From Eledone cirrhosa (Eukaryota), in assembly GCA_964016885.1 (NCBI GenBank), contig OZ024740.1, positions 407,340,001-407,404,000 of the forward strand: a stretch of 64,000 nucleotides of DNA, in the 5' to 3' direction. Below are positions 45,901 to 60,580 of the stretch, piece after piece. Made by a program: the position numbers and the translations under genes. The notes beneath the pieces were generated by a model, which had not been told where the DNA came from, ran no database searches, and worked only from the letters and a program-made list of their open reading frames with translations. Position 1 is the stretch's first letter. Each line of letters starts with the position of its first letter.

Positions 45901-48900
45901 GACACTGAATAGCAATGTGGCTCACTGACAAGACACTGAATAGCAATGTGGCCCACTGACAGACACTACATAGCAATGTGGCCCACTAACAAGACACTGA
46001 ATAGCAATGTGGCCCACTGACAAGACACTGAATAGCAATGTGGCCTACTGACAAGACACTGAATAGCAATGTGGCCCACTGACAAGAAACTGAATAGCAA
46101 TGTGGCCCACTGACAAGACACTGAATAGCAATGTGGCCCACTGACATGACACTACATAGCAATGTGGCCCACTGACAAGATGCTGAATAGCAATGTGGCC
46201 CACTGACAAGACACTGAATAGCAATGTGGCCCACTGAGAAGACACTGAATAGCAATGTGTCCCACTGACAAGATGCTGAATAGCAATGTGGCCCACTGAC
46301 AAGACACTGAATAGCAATGTGGCCCACTGTCAAACTGCATAGCAATGTGGCCCACTGACAAGACACTACATAGCAATGTGGCCCACTGACAAGACACTAC
46401 ATAGCAATGTGGCCCACTGACAAGATGCTGAATAGCAATGTGCACCACTGACAAGACACTGAATAGCAATGTGGCCCACTGACAAGACACTACATAGCAA
46501 TGTGGCGCACTGACAAGGCACTGAATAGCAATGTGGGTCACTGACGAGACACTGAATAGCAATGTGGCCCACTGACAAGACACTACATAGCAATGTGGCC
46601 CACTGACAAGACATTGAATAGCAATAGTGGCTCACTGACAAGACACTACATAGCAATGTGGCCAACTGATAAGACACTACATAGCAATGTGGCCAACTGA
46701 CAAGACACTGAATAGCAATGTGGCCCATTGACAAGACACTACATAGCAATGTGGCCTGCTGACAAGACACTGAATAGCAATGTGGCCCACTGACAAGACA
46801 CTGAATAGCAATGTGGCCCACTGACAAGACACTGAATAGCAATATGGCCCACTGAGAAGACACTGAATAGCAATGTGGCCCACTGACAAGACACTACATA
46901 GCAATGTAGCCCACTGACAAGACACTACATAGCAATGTGGCCCACTGACAAGTCAATGAATAGCAATGTGGCCCACTGACAAGACACTACATAGCAATGT
47001 GGCCCACTGACAAGACACTACATAGCAATGTGGCCCACTGACAAGACACTACATAGCAATGTGGCCCACTGACAAGACACTACATAACAATGTGGCCCAC
47101 TGACACGACACTACATAACAATGTGGCCCACTGACAAGACACCACATAGCAATGTGTCCCACTGACAAGACACTGAATAGCAATGTGGCCCACTGATAAG
47201 ACACTGCATAGCAATGTGGCCGACTGACAAGACACTACATAGCAATGTGGCCCACTGACAAGACACTACATAGCAATGTGGCCCACTGACAAGACACTAC
47301 ATAGCAATGTGGGTCACTGACAAGACACTGAATAGCAATGTGGCCCACTGACAAGACACTACATAGCAATGTGGGTCACTGCCAAGACACTGAATAGCAA
47401 TGTGGCCCACTGACAAGACACTACATAGCAATGTGTCCCACTGACAAGACACTGAATAGCAATGTGGCCCACTGATCAGACACTGCATAGCAATGTGGCC
47501 CACTGACAAGACACTACATAGCAATGTGGGTCACTGACAAGACACTGAATAGCAATGTGGCCCACTGACAAGACACTACATAGCAATGTGGGTCACTGAC
47601 AAGACACTGAATAGCAATGTGGCCCACTGATAAGACACTAAATAGCAATGTGGCCCACTGACAAGACACTGAATAGCAATGTGGCCCACTGATATGAGAC
47701 TACATAGCAATGTGGCCCACTGGCAAGACACTGATTAGCAATGTGGCCCACTGACAAGACACTGAATAGCAATGTGGCTCAGTGACAAGACACTACATAA
47801 CAATGTGGCCCACTGACAAGACACTAAATAGCAATGTGGCTCACTGACAAGACACTACATAACAATGTGTCCCACTGACAAGACACTAAATAGCAATGTG
47901 GCCCACTGACAAGACACTGAATAGCAATGTGGTTCACTGACAAGACACTACATAACAATGTGGCCCACAGACAAGACACTAAATAGCAATGTGGTCCATT
48001 GACAAGACACTGAATAGCAATGTGGCTCACTGAGAAGACATTGAATAGCAATGTGGCCCACTGACAAGACACTACATAGCAATGTGGCCCACTGACAAGA
48101 CACTACATAGCAATGTGGCCCACTGACAAGACACTGAATAGCAATGTGGCCCACTGACAAGACACTGAATAGCAATGTGGGTCACTGACAAGACACTGAA
48201 TAGCAATGTGGCCCACTGACAAGACACTGAATAGCAATGTGGCCCACTGACAAGACACTACATAGCAATGTGGCCCACTGAGGAGACACTAAATAGCAAT
48301 GTGGCCCACTGACAAGACACTGCATAGCAATGTGGCCCACTGACAAGACACTGAATAGCAATGTGGCCAACAGACAAGACACTACATAGCAATGTGGCCC
48401 ACTGACAAGACACTGAATAGCAATGTGGCCAACAGACAAGACACTACATAGCAATGTGGCCCACTGACAAGACACTACATAGCAATGTGGCCCACTGACA
48501 AGACACTACATAGCAATGTGGCCCACTGTGGAGACACTAAATAGCAATGTGGCCCACTGACAAGACACTGCATAGCAATGTGGCCCACTGCAAGACACTG
48601 AATAGCAATGTGGCCCACTGACAAGACACTACATAGCAATGTGGCCCACTGACAAGACACTGAATAGCAATGTGGCCCACTGACAAGACACTACATAGCA
48701 ATGTGGCCCACTGACAAGACACTACATAGCAATGTGGCCCACTGACAAGATGTTGAATAGCAATATGACCCACTTACAAGACACTACATAGCAATATGGC
48801 CCACTGACAAGATGTTGAATAGCAATGAGGCCCACTGACAAGAGACTACATAGCAATGTGGCCCACTGACAAGATGCTGAATAGCAATGTGGCCCACTGA

Positions 48901-51900
48901 CAAGACACTACATAGCAATGTGGCCCACTGACAAGATGCTGAATAGCAATGTGGCCCACTGACAAGACACTACATAGAAATGTGGCCCACTGATAAGACA
49001 ATACATAGCAATGTGGCCCACTGACAAGACACTGAATAGCAATGTGGCCCACTGACAAGATGCTAAATAGCAATGTGGCCCACTGACAAGACACTACATA
49101 GCAATGTGGCCCACTGACAAGACACTACATAGCAATGTGGCCCACTGACAAGACACTGAATAGCAATGTGGCCCACTGACAAGATGCTGAATAGCAATGT
49201 GGCCCACTGCAACACACCGAATATGAATGTGGCCCACTGACAAGACACTACATGGCAATGTGGCCCACTGACAAGACACTGATTAGCAATGAGGCCCACT
49301 AACAAGACACTGAATAGCAATGTGGCCCACTGACAAGACACTACATAGCAATGTGGACCACTGACAAGACACAGAATAGCAATGTGGCCCACTGACAAGA
49401 CACTGAATAGCAATGTGGCCCACTGACAAGACACTACATAGCATGGTGGCTCATGGAGAAGACACTGAATAGCAATGTGGCTCACTGACAAGACACTGAA
49501 TAGCAATGTGGCCCACTGACAGACACTACATAGCAATGTGGCCCACTAACAAGACACTGAATAGCAATGTGGCCCACTGACAAGACACTGAATAGCAATG
49601 TGGCCTACTGACAAGACACTGAATAGCAATGTGGCCCACTGACAAGAAACTGAATAGCAATGTGGCCCACTGACAAGACACTGAATAGCAATGTGGCCCA
49701 CTGACATGACACTACATAGCAATGTGGCCCACTGACAAGATGCTGAATAGCAATGTGGCCCACTGACAAGACACTGAATAGCAATGTGGCCCACTGAGAA
49801 GACACTGAATAGCAATGTGTCCCACTGACAAGATGCTGAATAGCAATGTGGCCCACTGACAAGACACTGAATAGCAATGTGGCCCACTGTCAAACTGCAT
49901 AGCAATGTGGCCCACTGACAAGACACTACATAGCAATGTGGCCCACTGACAAGACACTACATAGCAATGTGGCCCACTGACAAGATGCTGAATAGCAATG
50001 TGCACCACTGACAAGACACTGAATAGCAATGTGGCCCACTGACAAGACACTACATAGCAATGTGGCGCACTGACAAGGCACTGAATAGCAATGTGGGTCA
50101 CTGACGAGACACTGAATAGCAATGTGGCCCACTGACAAGACACTACATAGCAATGTGGCCCACTGACAAGACATTGAATAGCAATAGTGGCTCACTGACA
50201 AGACACTACATAGCAATGTGGCCAACTGATAAGACACTACATAGCAATGTGGCCAACTGACAAGACACTGAATAGCAATGTGGCCCATTGACAAGACACT
50301 ACATAGCAATGTGGCCTGCTGACAAGACACTGAATAGCAATGTGGCCCACTGACAAGACACTGAATAGCAATGTGGCCCACTGACAAGACACTGAATAGC
50401 AATATGGCCCACTGAGAAGACACTGAATAGCAATGTGGCCCACTGACAAGACACTACATAGCAATGTAGCCCACTGACAAGACACTACATAGCAATGTGG
50501 CCCACTGACAAGTCAATGAATAGCAATGTGGCCCACTGACAAGACACTACATAGCAATGTGGCCCACTGACAAGACACTACATAGCAATGTGGCCCACTG
50601 ACAAGACACTACATAGCAATGTGGCCCACTGACAAGACACTACATAACAATGTGGCCCACTGACACGACACTACATAACAATGTGGCCCACTGACAAGAC
50701 ACCACATAGCAATGTGTCCCACTGACAAGACACTGAATAGCAATGTGGCCCACTGATAAGACACTGCATAGCAATGTGGCCGACTGACAAGACACTACAT
50801 AGCAATGTGGCCCACTGACAAGACACTACATAGCAATGTGGCCCACTGACAAGACACTACATAGCAATGTGGGTCACTGACAAGACACTGAATAGCAATG
50901 TGGCCCACTGACAAGACACTACATAGCAATGTGGGTCACTGCCAAGACACTGAATAGCAATGTGGCCCACTGACAAGACACTACATAGCAATGTGTCCCA
51001 CTGACAAGACACTGAATAGCAATGTGGCCCACTGATCAGACACTGCATAGCAATGTGGCCCACTGACAAGACACTACATAGCAATGTGGGTCACTGACAA
51101 GACACTGAATAGCAATGTGGCCCACTGACAAGACACTACATAGCAATGTGGGTCACTGACAAGACACTGAATAGCAATGTGGCCCACTGATAAGACACTA
51201 AATAGCAATGTGGCCCACTGACAAGACACTGAATAGCAATGTGGCCCACTGATATGAGACTACATAGCAATGTGGCCCACTGGCAAGACACTGATTAGCA
51301 ATGTGGCCCACTGACAAGACACTGAATAGCAATGTGGCTCAGTGACAAGACACTACATAACAATGTGGCCCACTGACAAGACACTAAATAGCAATGTGGC
51401 TCACTGACAAGACACTACATAACAATGTGTCCCACTGACAAGACACTAAATAGCAATGTGGCCCACTGACAAGACACTGAATAGCAATGTGGTTCACTGA
51501 CAAGACACTACATAACAATGTGGCCCACAGACAAGACACTAAATAGCAATGTGGTCCATTGACAAGACACTGAATAGCAATGTGGCTCACTGAGAAGACA
51601 TTGAATAGCAATGTGGCCCACTGACAAGACACTACATAGCAATGTGGCCCACTGACAAGACACTACATAGCAATGTGGCCCACTGACAAGACACTGAATA
51701 GCAATGTGGCCCACTGACAAGACACTGAATAGCAATGTGGGTCACTGACAAGACACTGAATAGCAATGTGGCCCACTGACAAGACACTGAATAGCAATGT
51801 GGCCCACTGACAAGACACTACATAGCAATGTGGCCCACTGAGGAGACACTAAATAGCAATGTGGCCCACTGACAAGACACTGCATAGCAATGTGGCCCAC

Positions 51901-53625
51901 TGACAAGACACTGAATAGCAATGTGGCCAACAGACAAGACACTACATAGCAATGTGGCCCACTGACAAGACACTGAATAGCAATGTGGCCAACAGACAAG
52001 ACACTACATAGCAATGTGGCCCACTGACAAGACACTACATAGCAATGTGGCCCACTGACAAGACACTACATAGCAATGTGGCCCACTGTGGAGACACTAA
52101 ATAGCAATGTGGCCCACTGACAAGACACTGCATAGCAATGTGGCCCACTGCAAGACACTGAATAGCAATGTGGCCCACTGACAAGACACTACATAGCAAT
52201 GTGGCCCACTGACAAGACACTGAATAGCAATGTGGCCCACTGACAAGACACTACATAGCAATGTGGCCCACTGACAAGACACTACATAGCAATGTGGCCC
52301 ACTGACAAGATGTTGAATAGCAATATGACCCACTTACAAGACACTACATAGCAATATGGCCCACTGACAAGATGTTGAATAGCAATGAGGCCCACTGACA
52401 AGAGACTACATAGCAATGTGGCCCACTGACAAGATGCTGAATAGCAATGTGGCCCACTGACAAGACACTACATAGCAATGTGGCCCACTGACAAGATGCT
52501 GAATAGCAATGTGGCCCACTGACAAGACACTACATAGAAATGTGGCCCACTGATAAGACAATACATAGCAATGTGGCCCACTGACAAGACACTGAATAGC
52601 AATGTGGCCCACTGACAAGATGCTAAATAGCAATGTGGCCCACTGACAAGACACTACATAGCAATGTGGCCCACTGACAAGACACTACATAGCAATGTGG
52701 CCCACTGACAAGACACTGAATAGCAATGTGGCCCACTGACAAGATGCTGAATAGCAATGTGGCCCACTGCAACACACCGAATATGAATGTGGCCCACTGA
52801 CAAGACACTACATAGCAATGTGGCCCACTGACAAGACACTGATTAGCAATGAGGCCCACTAACAAGACACTGAATAGCAATGTGGCCCACTGACAAGACA
52901 CTACATAGCAATGTGGACCACTGACAAGACACAGAATAGCAATGTGGCCCACTGACAAGACACTGAATAGCAATGTGGCCCACTGACAAGACACTACATA
53001 GCATGGTGGCTCATGGAGAAGACACTGAATAGCAATGTGGCTCACTGACAAGACACTGAATAGCAATGTGGCCCACTGACAGACACTACATAGCAATGTG
53101 GCCCACTAACAAGACACTGAATAGCAATGTGGCCCACTGACAAGACACTGAATAGCAATGTGGCCTACTGACAAGACACTGAATAGCAATGTGGCCCACT
53201 GACAAGAAACTGAATAGCAATGTGGCCCACTGACAAGACACTGAATAGCAATGTGGCCCACTGACATGACACTACATAGCAATGTGGCCCACTGACAAGA
53301 TGCTGAATAGCAATGTGGCCCACTGACAAGACACTGAATAGCAATGTGGCCCACTGAGAAGACACTGAATAGCAATGTGTCCCACTGACAAGATGCTGAA
53401 TAGCAATGTGGCCCACTGACAAGACACTGAATAGCAATGTGGCCCACTGTCAAACTGCATAGCAATGTGGCCCACTGACAAGACACTACATAGCAATGTG
53501 GCCCACTGACAAGACACTACATAGCAATGTGGCCCACTGACAAGATGCTGAATAGCAATGTGCACCACTGACAAGACACTGAATAGCAATGTGGCCCACT
53601 GACAAGACACTACATAGCAATGTGG
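42911..53625. repeat. Three tandem copies of a 3560-bp (115-monomer) higher-order unit
   Basis: ORF triplets 43117/46677/50237, 44264/47824/51384 and 45986/49546/53106. 3560 = 115x31-5, matching the visible indels (+1, -1, -1, -1, -3). Confidence 0.95.
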
Positions 53626-56600
53626 CTAACTGACAAGACACTGATTAGCAATGTGGCCCAGTGATAAGACACTACATAGCAATGTGGCCCACTAACAAGA
53701 CACTGAATAGCAATGTGGCCCACTGACAAGACACTGAATAGCAACGTGGCCTACTGACAAGACACTGAATAGCAATGTGGCCCACTGACAAGAAACTGAA
53801 TAGCAATGTGGCCCACTGACAAGACACTGAATAGCAATGTGGCCCACTGAGAAGACACTGAATAGCAATGTGTCCCACTGACAAGATGCTGAATAGCAAT
53901 GTGGCCCACTGACAAGACACTGAATAGCAATGTGGCCCACTGTCAAACTGCATAGCAATGTGGCCCACTGACAAGACACTACATAGCAATGTGGCCCACT
54001 GACAAGACACTACATAGCAATGTGGCCCACTGACAAGATGCTGAATAGCAATGTGGACCACTGACAAGACACTGAATAGCAATGTGGCCCACTGACAAGA
54101 CACTACATAGCAATGTGGCTAACTGACAAGACACTGATTAGCAATGTGGCCCAGTGATAAGACACTACATAGCAATGTGGCCCACTAACAAGACACTGAA
54201 TAGCAATGTGGCCCACTGACAAGACACTGAATAGCAATGTGGCCTACTGACAAGACACTGAATAGCAATGTGGCCCACTGACAAGAAACTGAATAGCAAT
54301 GTGGCCCACTGACAAGACACTGAATAGCAATGTGGCCTACTGACAAGACACTGAATAGCAATGTGGCCCACTGACAAGAAACTGAATAGCAATGTGGCCC
54401 ACTGACAAGACACTGAATAGCAATGTGGCCCACTGACATGACACTACATAGCAATGTGGCCCACTGACAAGATGCTGAATAGCAATGTGGCCCACTGACA
54501 AGACACTGAATAGCAATGTGGCCCACTGTCAAACTGCATAGCAATGTGGCCCACTGACAAGACACTACATAGCAATGTGGCCCACTGACAAGACACTACA
54601 TAGCCATGTGGCCCACTGACAAGATGCTGAATAGCAATGTGGACCACTGACAAGACACTGAATAGCAATGTGGCCCACTGACAAGACACTACATAGCAAT
54701 GTGGCTAACTGACAAGACACTACATAGCAATGTGGCCCACTGACAAGACACTACATAGCAATGTGGCCCACTGAGGAGACACTAAATAGCAATGTGGCCC
54801 ACTGACAAGACACTGCATAGCAATGTGGCCCACTGCAAGACACTGAATAGCAATGTGGCCCACTGACAAGACACTACATAGCAATGTGGCCCACTGACAA
54901 GACACTGAATAGCAATGTGGCCCACTGACAAGACACTACATAGCAATGTGGCCCACTGACAAGACACTACATAGCAATGTGGCCCACTGACAAGATGTTG
55001 AATAGCAATATGACCCACTTACAAGACACTACATAGCAATATGGCCCACTGACAAGATGTTGAATAGCAATGTGGCCCACTGACAAGAGACTACATAGCA
55101 ATGTGGCCCACTGACAAGACACTACATAGCAATGTGGCCCACTGACAAGACACTACATAGCAATGTGGCCCACTGACAAGATGCTGAATAGCAATGTGGC
55201 CCACTGACAAGACACTACATAGAAATGTGGCCCACTGATAAGACAATACATAGCAATGTGGCTAACTGACAAGACACTGAATAGCAATGTGGCCCACTGA
55301 CAAGATGCTAAATAGCAATGTGGCCCACTGACAAGACACTACATAGCAATGTGGCCCACTGACAAGACACTACATAGCAATGTGGCCCACTGACAAGACA
55401 CTGAATAGCAATGTGGCCCACTGACAAGATGCTGAATAGCAATGTGGCCCACTGACAACACACCGAATATGAATGTGGCCCACTGACAAGACACTACATA
55501 GCAATGTGGACCACTGACAAGACACAGAATAGCAATGTGGCCCACTGACAAGACACTGAATAGCAATGTGGCCCACTGACAAGACACTACATAGCATGGT
55601 GGCTCATGGAGAAGACACTGAATAGCAATGTGGCCCACTGACAAGACACTACATAGCAATGTGGCCCACTAACAAGACACTGAATAGCAATGTGGCCCAC
55701 TGACAAGACACTGAATAGCAATGTGGCCTACTGACAAGACACTGAATAGCAATGTGGCCCACTGACAAGAAACTGAATAGCAATGTGGCCCACTGACAAG
55801 ACACTGAATAGCAATGTGGCCCACTGACATGACACTACATAGCAATGTGGCCCACTGACAAGATGCTGAATAGCAATGTGGCCCACTGACAAGACACTGA
55901 ATAGCAATGTGGCCCACTGAGAAGACACTGAATAGCAATGTGTCCCACTGACAAGATGCTGAATAGCAATGTGGCACACTGACAAGACACTGAATAGCAA
56001 TGTGGCCCACTGTCAAACTGCATAGCAATGTGGCCCACTGACAAGACACTACATATCAATGTGGCCCACTGACAAGACACTACATAGCAATGTGGCCCAC
56101 TGACAAGATGCTGAATAGCAATGTGCACCACTGACAAGACACTGAATAGCAATGTGGCCCACTGACAAGACACTACATAGCAATGTGGCTAACTGACAAG
56201 ACACTGATTAGCAATGTGGCCCAGTGATAAGACACTACATAGCAATGTGGCCCACTAACAAGACACTGAATAGCAATGTGGCCCACTGACAAGACACTGA
56301 ATAGCAACGTGGCCTACTGACAAGACACTGAATAGCAATGTGGCCCACTGACAAGAAACTGAATAGCAATGTGGCCCACTGACAAGACACTGAATAGCAA
56401 TGTGGCCCACTGACATGACACTACATAGCAATGTGGCCCACTGACAAGATGCTGAATAGCAATGTGGCCCACTGACAAGACACTGAATAGCAATGTGGCC
56501 CACTGAGAAGACACTGAATAGCAATGTGTCCCACTGACAAGATGCCGAATAGCAATGTGGCCCACTGACAAGACACTGAATAGCAATGTGGCCCACTGTC

Positions 56601-59600
56601 AAACTGCATAGCAATGTGGCCCACTGACAAGACACTACATAGCAATGTGGCCCACTGACAAGACACTACATAGCAATGTGGCCCACTGACAAGATGCTGA
56701 ATAGCAATGTGGACCACTGACAAGACACTGAATAGCAATGTGGCCCACTGACAAGACACTACATAGCAATGTGGCTAACTGACAAGACACTGATTAGCAA
56801 TGTGGCCCAGTGATAAGACACTACATAGCAATGTGGCCCACTAACAAGACACTGAATAGCAATGTGGCCCACTGACAAGACACTGAATAGCAATGTGGCC
56901 TACTGACAAGACACTGAATAGCAATGTGGCCTACTGACAAGAAACTGAATAGCAATGTGGCCCACTGACAAGACACTGAATAGCAATGTGGCCTACTGAC
57001 AAGACACTGAATAGCAATGTGGCCCACTGACAAGAAACTGAATAGCAATGTGGCCCACTGACAAGACACTGAATAGCAATGTGGCCCACTGACATGACAC
57101 TACATAGCAATGTGGCCCACTGACAAGATGCTGAATAGCAATGTGGCCCACTGACAAGACACTGAATAGCAATGTGGCCCACTGAGAAGACACTGAATAG
57201 CAATGTGTCCCACTGACAAGATGCTGAATAGCAATGTGGCCCACTGACAAGACACTGAATAGCAATGTGGCCCACTGTCAAACTGCATAGCAATGTGGCC
57301 CACTGACAAGACACTACATAGCAATGTGGCCCACTGACAAGATGCTGAATAGCAATGTGGACCACTGACAAGACACTGAATAGCAATGTGGCCCACTGAC
57401 AAGACACTACATAGCAATGTGGCTAACTGACAAGACACTGATTAGCAATGTGGCCCAGTGATAAGACACTACATAGCAATGTGGCCCATTAACAAGACAC
57501 TGAATAGCAATGTGGCCCACTGACAAGACACTGAATAGCAACGTGGCCTACTGACAAGACACTGAATAACAATGTGGCCCACTGACAAGAAACTGAATAG
57601 CAATGTGGCCCACTGACAAGACACTGAATAGCAATGTGGCCCACTGACATGACACTACATAGCAATGTGGCCCACTGACAAGATGCTGAATAGCAATGTG
57701 GCCCACTGACAAGACACTGAATAGCAATGTGGCCCACTGAGAAGACACTGAATAGCAATGTGTCCCACTGACAAGATGCTTAATAGCAATGTGGCCCACT
57801 GACAAGACACTGAATAGCAATGTGGCCCACTGTCAAACTGCATAGCAATGTGGCCCACTGACAAGACACTACATAGCAATGTGGCCCACTGACAAGACAC
57901 TACATAGCAATGTGGCCCACTGACAAGATGCTGAATAGCAATGTGGACCACTGACAAGACACTGAATAGCAATGTGGCCCACTGACAAGACACTACATAG
58001 CAATGTGGCTAACTGACAAGACACTGATTAGCAATGTGGCCCAGTGATAAGACACTACATAGCAATGTGGCCCACTAACAAGACACTGAATAGCAATGTG
58101 GCCCACTGACAAGACACTGAATAGCAATGTGGCCTACTGACAAGACACTGAATAGCAATGTGGCCCACTGACAAGAAACTGAATAGCAATGTGGCCCACT
58201 GACAAGACACTGAATAGCAATGTGGCCCACTGACAAGACACTACATAGCAATGTGGCCCACTGACAAGACACTGAATAGCAATGTGGCCCACTGACAAGA
58301 CACTGAATAGCAATGTGGCCCACTGACAAGATGCTGAATAGCAATGTGGCCCACTGACAAGACACTGAATGGCAATGTGGCCCACTGTCAAACTGTATAG
58401 CAATGTGGCCCACTGACAAGACACTACATAGCAATGTGGCCCACTGACAAGACACTGAATAGCAATGTGGCCCACTGACAAGACACTGAATAGCAATGTG
58501 ACCCACTGACAAGACACTACATAGCAATGTGTCTAACTGACAAGACACTGATTAGCAATGTGGCCCAGTGACAAGACACTACATAGCAATGTGGCCCACT
58601 GACAAGACACTGAATAGCAATGTGGCCCACTGACAAGACACTACATAGCAATGTGGCCCACTGACAAGACACTGCATAGCAATGTGGCCCCCTGACAAGA
58701 CACTGAATAGCAATGTGGCCCACTGACAAGACACTGAATATTAATGTGGCCCACTGACATGACATTGAATAGCAATGTGGCCCACTGACAAGACACTGAA
58801 TAGCAATGTGGCCCACTGACAAGACACTACATAGCAAAGTGGCCCACTGACAAGACACTGAATAGCAATGTGGCCCACTGACAAGACACTGCACAACAAT
58901 GTGGCCCACTGACAAGACACTGAATAGCAATGTAGCCCACTGACAAGACACTGAATAGCAATGTGGCCCACTGACAAGATGCTGAATAGCAATGAGCCCA
59001 CCAATGACACCCTCCATAGCAATGTGGCCAACCAATGACAAGACACTCCATAGTAATGTGGCCCACTGACAAGACACTGAATAGCAATGTGGCCCACTGT
59101 CAAACTGCATAGCAATGTGGCCCACTGACAAGACACTACATAGCAATGTGGCCCACTGACAAGACACTACATAGCAATGTGGCCCACTGACAAGATGCTG
59201 AATAGCAATGTGCACCACTGACAAGACACTGAATAGCAATGTGGCCCACTGACAAGACACTACATAGCAATGTGGCTAACTGACAAGACACTGATTAGCA
59301 ATGTGGCCCAGTGATAAGACACTACATAGCAATGTGGCCCACTAACAAGACACTGAATAGCAATGTGGCCCACTGACAAGACACTGAATAGCAACGTGGC
59401 CTACTGACAAGACACTGAATAGCAATGTGGCCCACTGACAAGAAACTGAATAGCAATGTGGCCCACTGACAAGACACTGAATAGCAATGTGGCCCACTGA
59501 CATGACACTACATAGCAATGTGGCCCACTGACAAGATGCTGAATAGCAATGTGGCCCACTGACAAGACATTGAATAGCAATGTGGCCCACTGAGAAGACA

Positions 59601-60580
59601 CTGAATAGCAATGTGTCCCACTGACAAGATGCTGAATAGCAATGTGGCCCACTGACAAGACACTGAATAGCAATGTGGCCCACTGTCAAACTGCATAGCA
59701 ATGTGGCCCACTGACAAGACACTACATAGCAATGTGGCCCACTGACAAGACACTACATAGCAATGTGGCCCACTGACAAGATGCTGAATAGCAATGTGGA
59801 CCACTGACAAGACACTACATAGCAATGTGGCCCACTGACAAGACACTACATAGCAATGTGGCTAACTGACAAGACACTGATTAGCAATGTGGCCCAGTGA
59901 TAAGAGACTACATAGCAATGTGGCCCACTAACAAGACACTGAATAGCAATGTGGCCCACTGACAAGACACTGAATAGCAATGTGGCCCACTGACAAGAAA
60001 CTGAATAGCAATGTGGCCCACTGACAAGACACTGAATAGCAATGTGGCCTACTGACAAGACACTGAATAGCAATGTGGCCCACTGACAAGAAACTGAATA
60101 GCAATGTGGCCCACTGACAAGACACTGAATAGCAATGTGGCCCACTGACATGACACTACATAGCAATGTGGCCCACTGACAAGATGCTGAATAGCAATGT
60201 GGCCCACTGACAAGACACTGAATAGCAATGTGGCCCACTGAGAAGACACTGAATAGCAATGTGTCCCACTGACAAGATGCTGAATAGCAATGTGGCCCAC
60301 TGACAAGACACTGAATAGCAATGTGGCCCACTGTCAAACTGCATAGCAATGTGGCCCACTGACAAGACACTACATAGCAATGTGGCCCACTGACAAGACA
60401 CTACATAGCAATGTGGCCCACTGACAAGATGCTGAATAGCAATGTGGACCACTGACAAGACACTGAATAGCAATGTGGCCCACTGACAAGACACTACATA
60501 GCAATGTGGCTAACTGACAAGACACTGATTAGCAATGTGGCCCAGTGATAAGACACTACATAGCAATGTGGCCCACTAAC
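53100..60580. repeat. Second, more irregular cluster of the 586-bp 19-mer unit and its length variants
   Basis: ORF offsets 53106/53692, 55669/56255, 57489/58075 and 59342/59928 are all 586; 53692/54185 is 493. The cluster is interrupted at ~54720-55660 by a different block and at ~58200-59060 by unique variants. Confidence 0.85.

Noticed and set aside
58986-59055. Transposon insertion/footprint or promoter at the divergent island
   Set aside because: The segment still aligns to the monomer and has no foreign sequence, terminal repeats or clear target-site duplication. CCAAT pentamers alone do not support a promoter call.
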